The notes under the pieces were generated by a model that was given only the letters and a program-made list of their open reading frames with translations, ran no database searches and was not told where the DNA came from. Made by a program: the position numbers and the translations under genes. From the human T2T-CHM13v2.0 reference genome, Homo sapiens, in assembly GCF_009914755.1 (NCBI RefSeq), contig NC_060933.1: a stretch of 64,000 bases of DNA. The stretch is one strand, 5' to 3'. Positions 1 to 11,332 of this stretch are shown here, one piece after another; the stretch's first letter is position 1, and every line of letters starts with the position of its first letter.

Positions 1-1289
1 ACTTTGTGGTAAACACACACACACTCAAACACATACACACTATTTGCTACTTTTATTTTCCTTCTCCTCATGTATTTACAGCAATGCTAAGAAAGAGACA
101 ATATGATACCCTACATAATAAAACATAGGATGTACTGTATTTGCTTTTAGCACAATTGAAAGACATGCCAGAAAAAAGTAGACCTGAGAGAAAAATATTC
201 TACAATGCTTTGCAAAATTATCATTATTTTAATCATGTAAAAAGGACTGAATTTAATTTTTGCAAGTTTTTCTTTTCTTTGCATGTTAAGTATTGAAATA
301 TCTTCAATATTGTGATCTCTTCCAATGTATCTCAGGAAAAAGCAAGGGCTATATTCTATCATTGTGGCCTATCTTTGTATTTCTATTTATGAGGTAGGCC
401 ATCATTACAACGTTAAGTAATTAATGAGATATGACCAGTGAAATTATTATGGGGCTTTAAATCATTTAAAGTTTATTCAGTATTATTACATCTTTGACAA
501 AGGAAAATAAAATTCATGATGAAAATGAGAATTACAACCTCATCTAAGCTAATCTAACTGTGGTTTTAAAATATCACTTGGATCAATTCATTAGCTCTCC
601 CTGATAACTGTCAGTCTCAATATATAGGTGACTGACCTAACTTTATAGTATTCACCATAACTCCTTAGCTACAGCTGACAGTACTGAAAATTGTGTGGGA
701 TTATTTCTCCTGTGTGTAACGTGGTCCTGCATATTAACATTGGCTAGTTGAATGCATGTTCCCTAAAAGCATCCCTCCTTCAAATTTGAGCTCCATGTAA
801 TGTGTTTACATTTTATTTTCTTCAGTTTCAATTAACTGGCCAAATCCAACCTAACCTTGTAGAGGAAACAACTAGTAACAGTGTTATCAAAGGACTCAAA
901 CAGGCATGCGTGTTTAGACATTTGGTATATTCTGTTCTGCTTATGTACAGGAGATGGTTCATGAAGCCATTTGAAAAAGTTGCTTTCCCACTTACAAGCT
1001 AAACTCTGTGTGACAATTTTTTAAGCTATCCCCATGCATTCGAAGCACTTGGGGCTTTTCTTGCATTCTACATTTTTCAGTATGTGTGCCAGCTTGTCCT
1101 CTATCCTCTGAATTCACCCAGTTCAAGTCCTGGTTTTAAAAATTTTATTAATTATACTCTTTTAAAAGCAAATGTCATAAATTCTATGTAAGAATAAATA
1201 CACAGTTGTGACTGCCCATTTTATTACAGTAACTGTGATACTAAGAAATAGAGAACAAAAGTATGCAAACTTGGGAATTAAAATGACTT

Positions 1290-1465
1290 AGATTTTACTC
1301 CATAAATCTGTGGTAATCTTGGGCCAGTTCTTATTACACTAAGCCTTTGTTCCCTCATATGTAAATGGGAATAAATATGCTTATCTTCTGCTTCACAATG
1401 TGGTTATGAGTTTAAAATAAGGCAATTTATGTGAGGATGCTTTGGAATTGTGAAGCTTTATATAG
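1290..1465 (+). mobile_element. MIR SINE fragment
   Basis: Degenerate MIR core 'tcttgggccagtt...aagcctttgttccctcatatgtaaatgggaataa...gtggttatgagtttaaa'; boundaries approximate. Confidence 0.65.
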
Positions 1466-1760
1466 AAAAATTATGTTATTAAAATAAGTAACTTCCAATT
1501 TAATATCTCAGTTGTATAGAGTAAAAGATTGAATAGGTTTTTGTATATAGCAGATTTGGCCAGGAATCAGTACCATGACTTCTGTGAAATACGGTTAATA
1601 ATGTCTAAAAGTTAGGACTTCTCTGAAGATTAATAAGATCAAGTTTATCTCTTGACTGCCTCTCCCCTCCAATCTCTACTTCCTAAAACCCTGTTTTCCA
1701 AATCCATACATCTCAGGCTTTTGCCACAAAAGTTTGATTTTATAAGCATATATCTGTAAA

Positions 1761-1808
1761 AACACACACACACACACACACACATACACACATACACACA
1801 TATATATA
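1761..1808. repeat. (CA)n/(TA)n microsatellite
   Basis: Visible acacac...catacacaca tatatata run. Confidence 0.95.
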
Positions 1809-1899
1809 ACAAGCCAACAAAAATCCTCCTCTCTGGTTTCCCATAGAAGCTATGTATCTCCATCATGAAATGTCACCATGATGATTTTATGTTTTTCAC

Positions 1900-2015
1900 T
1901 GACTACTAGGTTATACCGTAAATTCCTTGAAATATAGGACAATTGACTTAATTTGCTTTATATTTTCATGATCTGACACCTCATATACTTAACACTCAAT
2001 AAACATTTTTAGAAT
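1900..2015 (+). mobile_element. L2 3'-end fragment
   Basis: 'gtaaattccttga...ggac...acactcaataaacattt' resembles the L2 3' terminus. Confidence 0.55.
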
Positions 2016-2786
2016 TAAAGTAAGTAGCTCAGCAATGGGCATTCAATTTCACATGAATTCATGTGAATTTGAATGCCCATTACTGAGCTACTGACTACAG
2101 AAACTGCGTTGTAATTCTTACTTATTAGATTAAATCCAACTTCTTCTCTGTTATTTGGAAATAATAAAAAAAACCCTGATGTTATACTGAGTGTTATAGT
2201 AAGATACATTTTATTCAGAGAAAGTGTTTTTCTGTAATAAGCTGTTTATTACAGTAAAATTCCGTTTAAAACTTCTGCTATGTATTAAGAATGATAACAC
2301 TATTTATCCTTAAGATGTTTGTCCTACACCCAGAGGACATACAGTCATATATTATATTGGAAATATTATTCATGCCATTTAAGTTCCAGAACAACTGCAA
2401 GTCCCACCCAAGCAATTAATACATCTTTTTATACAATAGTCATACAATCCATTAAGTGTGTTTACCCACAGTGGAATTGTAACTGGGATGGACGATATGA
2501 AATCAACCTTATAACTTCTCAGAAACTCATAGTTGCACAATAGCAAGAATGAATAAAAAGGGAAGAGTCTCACTCTGCCCTCCTTTTTTTAATCTGTGAA
2601 ATTTGAAACTAAAAAATTAATCGTTTTCTTCAAGTACAAGTAGGGTTTGGAGCTCCCATGGAGTGGCTTGCCCAGCAGCCTTTCATCCCCTTATTGAATC
2701 TCTGAAGATACATGCAATGCACAGTGAAAGCACTACCCTCCACTTTCTGCATTTTCTTGGTCTTTCCTTTCCATTCCCCTCAAAAG

Positions 2787-2796
2787 TATATAAAAG
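2787..2796 (+). promoter_or_regulatory. candidate TATA box (TATATAAAAG)
   Basis: Consensus TATA box ~300 bp upstream of a strong GAG|GTAAGT donor at 3091/3092; motif evidence only. Confidence 0.3.
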
Positions 2797-2889
2797 CAGA
2801 TATCAGGGATTGAGGGAGGTAATGATCATGATTGGTAACTGAGGTGGGAAGCACTGCCTATGATCCTAAGAAATGTTACTTTCCCCCAG

Positions 2890-3091
2890 ACAAACATTAA
2901 CAGTGCAAGACACAGTGAGAGTCACAGATCCATGGATGGACGATCCTTTTGAGGACAATAGAGGGGGAATTTGGATAAGTTTCCTGAGTGAGAAACCTTC
3001 CAGATGGCAATCTGAAAGTTAGCTGTTCCTTCTCAAAACACAGAGCTTTCTCAAGAGAAAGATAACACCCTCTTTCATCAGAGCGAGCGAG
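2890..3091 (+). other. candidate non-coding exon
   Basis: Acceptor 'tactttcccccag|' ends 2889, donor 'gcgag|gtaagt' at 3091/3092; non-repetitive sequence; no long ORF. Confidence 0.3.
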
Positions 3092-3341
3092 GTAAGTTTT
3101 CAACAGAGTTATTCCGGAATTGGAAAACAAAATGTGTGCAAGGAGTTTGTTGTTGTTGTTGTTTGTTTGTTTGCTTACACAACATAGTAGAAATACCTGA
3201 TGTTTTGCAGTTGAGGCAAAACATCCTCTAACACAAGAATACAATGTTTACAAGGCATCCGAGGACCTTTCCAATCAGGAATAACAGCACAGAACTCAAA
3301 GAGGTCAACACAGACTAGAGTACGAAGCAAACCAGAAGGGG

Positions 3342-3379
3342 TTATGAGTCTCATGCTCTACCAACTGAGCTAGTCAGGT
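3342..3379 (-). pseudogene. tRNA-Lys(CTT) 5'-half retropseudogene (tailless)
   Basis: Reverse complement ACCTGACTAGCTCAGTTGGTAGAGCATGAGACTCATAA vs tRNA-Lys-CTT 5' end GCCCGGCTAGCTCAGTCGGTAGAGCATGAGACTCTTAA (recalled): 33/38 identical, from tRNA nt 1 to the anticodon loop. Confidence 0.85.
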
Positions 3380-3604
3380 GACCATAGAAGAGAAACAGGA
3401 CACAGAAGTGACCCAATTACTTCCCAGTCCTCAAACTGGAGTTAGGACTCATCACTAATAAGGAAAATTGCTGATTATTGTTCATACTTGAATATGGTAT
3501 GTAGGTGATTATGTATACATTTAAGTTAATCAGTCACTGCATTCATTTAACCATTTTGAAATTCAGTTGTTTTTAATACATTTATTTGATTGAAAAGTTA
3601 AGAT

Positions 3605-4015
3605 TAAAACAAATTAAAAACCCAAATGTACATCAGCAATGGATCATTCTTACAATTCTATACAATTGAATACTAATAAACAATAAAAAGAAGAAGCTAT
3701 AGTTACACTAAATAAGGATCTTCAGTAAAAGAAGTCAAACACAAGTTTATCTAATATTTTATTTATATTAAGTTCCAAACAAAAAAACTACTATACTGTG
3801 ATACAATGGTACATATAAAAATGGATAATGATTTTTATGGGGTGTGTGTGACTAAAAGAGGCTATGGGGGTTGGGGGGCCTCTGGATGACGGTAATATGA
3901 TTCTTTGATCTAGATGCTGGTTACTGGGATTTTATCACTTTGGGGAAATTTTACCAAGTTACAGAGAATGACCATTCATATGTCATCTTTCATTTGAAAG
4001 AGTTCAAAATAAATA
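3605..4015 (+). mobile_element. old L1 (L1MC/L1ME-like) 3' fragment
   Basis: 'aacccaaatgtacatcagcaatggat...gaatactaataaacaataaaaag...tgacggtaatatgattctttgatctagatgctggtta' resembles the L1M 3' UTR. Confidence 0.65.
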
Positions 4016-4305
4016 AACACACAGGTCATGAATGTAATATATCGAAGAAATACATGGCAGGACAATTTTCTTGTCAACAGCTCTCACATTTGACATCCCA
4101 ACCAGCATACTCCACACGTCAATGAACAATTTGCCAAATCCAAATATCCTAATATTTCAAATTTGATGCTTTGGTTCATTTTGTTCCCCCAGCTTGGATG
4201 ATCTACCTTTTCTCTCCCCTGGAGAAACCAAGTTCAAGCCACAAAGCCCATATAATATTTCTCTGAACTTAAGAGCTCTTGATCTGAACATCTTTACATC
4301 TTTGA

Positions 4306-4616
<311 letters not shown>

Positions 4617-4664
4617 TGAATGAACTTTTTTTGGTGCCTATTCCAGTTTGTGTGCTTGTCGTAC

Positions 4665-4800
4665 TCTTTCTCTTAAACATGAAGTTTCCTTAAGTCAGGG
4701 GCTATGCTTGCCATCTTTGTATTTCCATCTAAAGTACTTGGCATAGCTCCTGGCCTATATTAGGTACCATAGTCTGTAAATATTTGTACAATGGAATGAT
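4665..4800 (+). mobile_element. L2 3'-end fragment
   Basis: 'gaagtttccttaagtcaggggctatg...cttggcatagctcctggcc...taaatatttgt'. Confidence 0.6.
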
Positions 4801-5043
4801 ACTTACAGCCATTTTTGACGGCAATATCTTTATATTCCAAACAATTTTTGAGGTCATTCTGCAGTTCCTCAGAAGGCTATGATCTTTTAATCTATGGTCA
4901 AGGATAAGATTATTTGCGGTACTTCATCACAGTATAACATAACAGCAAACTTTAATTGTTTAATATTTCATTCTGCAAGATCTGCCTAATAGACGGAAAA
5001 AATGGTTCCTTTCTTATCGGAGTGAATGTTCCAGGGAGACTAC

Positions 5044-5241
5044 TATATATATATATATATGTATGTATATATGTGTGTGTATATATGTATATATGTGTAT
5101 ATATGTGTATATATATGTGTGTATATATATGTGTGTATATATATGTGTGTATATATGTGTATATATATATGTGTATATATGTGTATATATATATGTGTAT
5201 ATATATGTGTATATGTGTGTGTGTGTGTGTGTATATATGTA

Positions 5242-5292
<51 letters not shown>
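5044..5292. repeat. compound (TA)n/(TG)n/(TATG)n microsatellite, ~250 bp
   Basis: Visible alternating purine-pyrimidine tract; source of five spurious ORFs. Confidence 0.97.
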
Positions 5293-5294
<2 letters not shown>

Positions 5295-5300
5295 TGTAAC

Positions 5301-5431
5301 TATATTGCAACAAAACAAATTATCAACTCCACTCACGCTGGGGCTGAAACTTTCTACCTTGATTTGCATTCACTAAACAACTCGGGCTAAGCCTAGCTCT
5401 AAGAATCAAATCATTACTATAAATGTAATGA
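5301..5431 (+). repeat. left arm of ~130-bp inverted repeat (partner 6820-6952)
   Basis: Manual alignment to the reverse complement of 6820-6952: about 107 matches in 134 columns (~80%), including an 18-bp perfect start TATATTGCAACAAAACAA. Confidence 0.95.
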
Positions 5432-6065
5432 TCTGTTATGCTGCTCTCTCTCTCTCTTCATGATTGCTGTTTTTCTTCCTTGAACCTGGAACGCAAAGAA
5501 TTAGGAGAAAGTTGCAAGGCTAGAAGGTGAAATCAAGGATGTATTCTTCATACTATCACACAAAATTAAGGAAGCTGTGACAAATTTTTAATCAGAAGGG
5601 GCTCTATCTGCACTAGACAATACTATTCTCTTTAGGTCTGTTTAGATAGAGACCAGTTCTGTCTCTTGGTTGAGGGGATTACCATAATTTTCATTTTTTA
5701 TTTCAGAAGGCTCAATGTCTCTACAATTTCTTTTTGTACCTCAGCAGTCAACTAAGTCATGCAGACAGTTTTTTACATAACCTTCCCACCTGCCACTTGT
5801 TTGGCACATTATACTGCTTGGGAGAACAGTGAACCAGCTGTAAACAGGTCCTGCAGAGAAGCTTCCAGATTGCAGCAGTTTAAGTTCTGATTGCTTGCTT
5901 CCCTCCTGGCTATGACATTGTTTTTCCCTAACATTGAAATACCATTATTTTCTTGATACAAACTTTGTTTACTGCTTGTGATCGTGTTGCCTAGGGTTTC
6001 GAAAAATTAGTGCCCCTTAAATAATCCAAGAAGAAAAAAGATCATCTAAGAGAAAGCACAGTTAC

Positions 6066-6145
6066 CATGCAGTATCTTTCAAGGCTTGAAGCTGCACCGA
6101 TTAGAATGCTTTTCTGTGGTTACATATCTTCATCTGCCATATTGG
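6066..6145 (-). other. candidate 80-nt non-coding/poison exon between the inverted arms
   Basis: Minus strand: 'catttttttttgtctccag|CCAATATGG...ACTGCATG|gtaact'; stop codons in all three frames. Confidence 0.35.
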
Positions 6146-6819
6146 CTGGAGACAAAAAAAAATGCCTTCTCTCCATTTTACTCACACAGATTTCTAGAAA
6201 CTGACTTTTGCTCTCAAATATGCAGTATGCAGAACTCCTTGAGAAATAACATTTATCTAAGATTGAGCCTTCACAATTGTAAAAATTAGTGCACTCATCA
6301 TCTTGCAAAAGAGCTTTCAAATGAAACATAACAAACCTAACTGGAGAGCAGGAAAAAAAAAAAGGGGGTCAGGGAGACGGGACTGGATTACAGCAGCAGA
6401 TAAATATTTTTCATTAAACATCAAAAACAACATCTGTTACTCTCTTTAATAGTGTGAAGATTTCACTTTATTAAGTTTGGGGTGGTTAATGACTTTCAAA
6501 GTAATTTGCAATTTAAACATGCCTCTATCTAGTGACTAATTCATGACAGTCTTCAGCATTAACTATCAATTTTATTAACGGTTTCTCTCTCAAAAGTGAA
6601 AAAGTGGTACATCATTTCCTTGAATTGTGATAATAAGAAATAAATGGATATTCTAAAAATATTTAGTCTGTGACTTTTCTCAATGTTTCCCATTTCTAAA
6701 CTTTCCCCTTTTTATCCGAGAAAGGAATATCTGGGAACTAAAGAACAATTGATTAGTAAAAGCAAGAATCTCTTCTTTTCTCCTATATTATTTGTCTCCA
6801 AATTGCCAGCTGATGGTGG

Positions 6820-6952
6820 TCATTACATTTCTTGTAATGACGACTTTATTCACAGAGCCAGGCTCCGCCTAAGTTCTTCAGTGAATGCAGATCAAAGTAG
6901 AAAGTTTTAACCCCACAGTAATGCAGTTGACAACTTGTTTTGTTGCAATATA
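6820..6952 (-). repeat. right arm of ~130-bp inverted repeat (partner 5301-5431)
   Basis: Same alignment; the ORF track also shows the shared peptides YIATKQ and [11 protein letters not shown] on opposite strands. Confidence 0.95.
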
Positions 6953-7849
6953 CCTAGAGCATGGGTGAGATGATGAGAACTCAGAGTATGCTGAAGCCAC
7001 AGTGCTTGCCTGTACATTCCCAACCTTCACTGTGAGTTTCAGCTTCAGCTTCTTATCACCCACTGGGGCTGTGCTCTCAACTCCAATGTGATTAGCTGAT
7101 GCTCTTAGTAATGTCTTACCCTCAAAAAGGCTGGAAATTATTTCTTATTTTCAACCAATACTTGAAGTCAATACAACAGAAACATCAGTCCATTTCAAAC
7201 TTGTGCTTATGATGTTCCTCAGGAAGACATGATACCACTGATAACCTCACCTTGGTAGTCAACCTGTTCTCTCCCTAGTTTTGCCTAATGTTAATGAGAG
7301 AATATTAACATTCTCTCTTTATCCACTTACCTATGTCAGTTAAGTCCCAGCAGGTGCCAAGTCAGCTTAGTGTATCAGTAATTTGAAATATATATTTCAT
7401 TAAATATGAATATATATATATAAAATCAATTGTATCCTTTATTTTTTATCCAAAACCAATTTTTTTTTTTGGAATTCAGAGGAAACATGATTCCACATTT
7501 AGAAAAGGTAAGAGAAAGAAGAAAAAGAAGAAAAGAAAGCATTTTTCTTTCACATGGAATATTGTATAATTGCCCCTCTTGGTACTGTTTATTTTTAAAC
7601 TTAACTAAGTAAGTTCAAATAGACCTCAGTTCCTAAATTTTTTACAAAATGATAATTATATTTCCCTTCAAAAGATCTATAAGATATTCAAATGAGGGAA
7701 TTACTAAAGTCTTCTTTTACAGTATCCCCTAAAGATAGAATTGGTAGAGTCTGATGGGTGAAGAAAATAGTCTAAATCAATCCTGGTATTTCTTTGCAAC
7801 CTCGTATTTTATTTGAAAGATTCATGAAGATTTTGTATTTGACTCCCTA

Positions 7850-9260
7850 ATGTAGGTGAGTAGGTCTTCTGTGTCTGCATTTAAGATTTTTCTTTTTTTG
7901 CATTAGCACAAGTTTTGAGCAACTTACAATATGCACTGTTACAGTTTTCTTCACGTTTCCAATACTTGGGTTTTGCTTAATCTCTTTGTTCTTTGAGTTT
8001 ATAGTCTTCTCTGAAATTTGAAAATATGTTGGACATTATTTCTTTGCTTGACTTCTTTTGTATGTAGTTTAAAGAAGATACCACAAACTTGGCATTTAAA
8101 GTGGCAACCCTTTATTTGTTCACAGCTCTATAGGTCAGAAATCCAATAAGGCATAGAGAGGTCTTCTGCTTAAACTGTTGTGTCTGACTGGGTTCTCTTT
8201 TTTTTCCTCTTTCTTTTGGAGGCTCTGGGAACAAAATCTTCTAAAATCCTTTTTGTTGGCAGAATTTAGTTCCTTATGATTTTAGGACTGCTTTCCCCAT
8301 TTCCTGCTGGCTATAAGCCAGGAGGTGCTTTTCCTCGATGCTGCCTGCTTTCCATGACACTTGGCCCCTTCTATCCTTGGGCCAGCATTGATATGCTGAA
8401 GCTTTCTTATGCATCAGATCTCTGACTTTCTCTTCTGCAACTGGCTAGAGAAAGCTCTCTTCTTTCCAACACTTTATGTGATTAGGCGAGGCCCACACAA
8501 ATAATCTTCCCATTTAAAGGATAGTTGTGCCTTATAACCGAATCAAGAAAGTAAAATCTACTGTATTCACTGTCCTGGGGATTATATAGGGTGAATACAC
8601 CAGGGGCTGAAAAATGTTGGGGCCATATTAGAATTCTATCTACCACCTTAGCTATTATTTTGTGCCCATCCTCTCTCTCATTGAGGGATTCTCATTACGT
8701 GCATATTCAGACTGCGATGCGGTCCTGCAGCTCGCTGATGCTCTGTTAATTTTTTTTAGTCTATTTTCTCTCTGAATTTCATTTCCAACTATTGCTGCTG
8801 CTATATCTTCAAGTTAACTACTCTTTTCTTCTACCATGTGAAATCTGTTAATTACAACCAGTGTATGTCTCACATGTTGTAGTTGTATTCCTAGAAGTTT
8901 GAATGGGGTTTTAAATATCTTCCATGTCTCTAACTTTTTGAATGTATGTAATACAATTATAATTGCTATGTTTAAGTCTTGACTATTAATTCTAAGGCAT
9001 GTGTCCTCTCTGAGATGGTTTCAATTGATTATTTTCATAATTATATTCTGTATTCTCCTGCTTATTTGTAAGCCTGGTAATTTTTGCTTGGATATTAAGC
9101 ATTATAAATTTTACTTTGTTGTGCCTAGATATTTTTGTGTTTTTATAACATCATTGATTTTTTTGTTTTGGTTTTTGTATTCTCTGGGACACAGTTAAGT
9201 TACTTGTAAAATACCTCATCCATTTGGACCTTGCTTTTAAGATTTGCTCTATAGGACTAG
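7850..9260 (-). mobile_element. old L1M ORF1-region fragment interrupted by a MaLR LTR
   Basis: 'ttaagatttttctt...tttgaaaatatgttggacattatttct' resumes after ~8650 with 'gctcgctgatgctctgt...ctatatcttcaagttaacta'. Confidence 0.6.
8060..8646 (-). mobile_element. MLT1 (E/F/G-like) MaLR LTR
   Basis: 'accacaaacttggc...cacagctctataggtcagaaatcc...ggaggctctggga...gttggcagaatttagttcctt...gggccatattagaattctatctaccac'. Confidence 0.8.
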
Positions 9261-9294
9261 AGCAGTAAACAGTCTAGAACCAGAGAGGTGACAG

Positions 9295-9425
9295 AAATTA
9301 AGAGTTCAATTTTGGATGTCTTAAGCTTTAGGTGCTTGTTAGACATATGAATGATGCTACAGAATAGGTAGTTGAATATATGCGTCTAGTTTCAGAGCAT
9401 AGATTAGTGATGGGAATATAAATTA
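9295..9425 (-). mobile_element. L2 fragment
   Basis: 'gagttcaattttggatgtcttaag...taggtagttgaatatatg'. Confidence 0.6.
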
Positions 9426-9552
9426 TCTTAATAATGCAAACAAGCAATTTAACACACACATAACTGTGTGTTATTTAACTGAAGGAGTCTAATCGATAGG
9501 ACTGGCAGAAAAAGGACACTCTGACTTTTTATGTCGTTGTTGTACCATGGTT

Positions 9553-9732
9553 CAGTATTTTTTCAAAGTGTGGCCTCTGGATCAGCAGCATTACCACCTG
9601 GAAATTTGTTAATAATGCAAATTTGTGACTCTACCTCAGGCCTACTGAATCAGAAGTTTCAGGAGTGGGGCCAGCCATCTTTTTAAATAAACCCTCTGGA
9701 TAAATCTGATAAACTTAAGTTTGAGAGCCACC
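9553..9732. mobile_element. MER5A (hAT-Charlie MITE)
   Basis: 'ttcaaagtgtgg...cagcagcatt...aatgcaaatt...cctactgaatcagaa...aagtttgagagccac'. Confidence 0.85.
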
Positions 9733-11032
9733 CATTTTGCCAATAAATGCTAGAGAGTACTTTGTGGATTACTGTACTGTCATCTTAGCTGCCAGGTCTC
9801 AAAAAAAGCAGATGTTTCTAGATGAGGAATAGAGAAAGGACATTCTATGTCAGAGGAGCAACCCGTGAAAAGGCATTGGGTCTAAATGGCATTCACATCA
9901 ATCCCTCACTATTTAGAGTAATTTATATAATCTTTTTTAATTGAAAGAGGCACTCTGAGCATCCCTAAGTGTCAGTTTCTAATCAGGGAATTCAGTGAAA
10001 ATCCTTTTCCTCCTAAAAATTTTATCTGAGCTTTCTAGAAAATACAATGTTTCAAAATACAATGTCAAAATACAATGTTTAAAAAATCCCAATTTTACAA
10101 ATGTTTGTACGGTTGAAATGTGTAAATTGAAGTAATAATTATTCAATTTCTAACCCTATATTTACTTTGAGACTATGGACAAATCAGAAATTCAATTTTC
10201 CAGATATTTTTACTACTCTAACGTTTCCTACAAGAGCTTAACACATGCCTAATACATGATAAGTATTTAACGAATACTAGCAAATATAATTTGTATTATT
10301 TCAAAAGCACTGACCGTTCCCTTGGTGCATTTTGAAGAGTGTCACAGGGGCTCAGTGATTCATAGCTAGTGTTCTAAGTAATCTCTTCCATTTAGGTAGT
10401 ACGCATTTGCATACCATAAAAGTAGAGCATGATTAATTGCATTGTTTATAGCCCTAAGAAAGTGCTATTTTGGAATAAATATGGCCTGCCTGTAAAGGTA
10501 TTATTAAATACCACACTTTCTTCTTTCTCAAAAGTAAAAGATAGATATTACCTGTCTAACTTCTCCCTAGATGGGCTGGATCAGACACTTATAAGGGGAG
10601 CATAGTGCTGAGACAAGGTCTACGAGGCCAGAAATGTTAAATTGGCTGTCAGGTACAGGGATATAAGTTCAAGATTAGAAATAAAATATGAAGGCAAATG
10701 AAGACAGGAAATGGGGGTAGACGAAGAGTTAAGTAGGACCAAGCTGAGCCAGCCCAAGATTAGGTGAACTGACCTGGACCACTCCTCTCACCTTCCCAGA
10801 ACTCCACCTTGATGACTGGTTTTGACAAAATGCTTTACTTAGGATCTGGTGCACACTCTCTTCCACTTCTTAAATAGATGCCTGTTTAATTCATGTTTCA
10901 AGCAATTTCAAAACAAAAATTTCTTACTTCAATACAGGTAGGTAATCCTGAAATGGATTAAAGGTTCCTATTTCTGTCAAAAGCATCATTCCACTTATGC
11001 CTGGGCTCAATATTTTACAGTTATACTATTAA

Positions 11033-11332
<300 letters not shown>

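Noticed and set aside
3342-3379. Functional tRNA gene
   Set aside because: Only the 5' half is present, the anticodon position is altered, and there is no T arm/B box or acceptor 3' strand.
4956-5390. Five overlapping ORFs of 78-144 aa
   Set aside because: YI/CV/HT low-complexity translations of the TA/TG microsatellite; not genes.
10039-10080. Triple AAAATACAATGT repeat (and the 18-bp tandem duplication at ~23835-23877)
   Set aside because: Ordinary short slippage duplications with no further structure.
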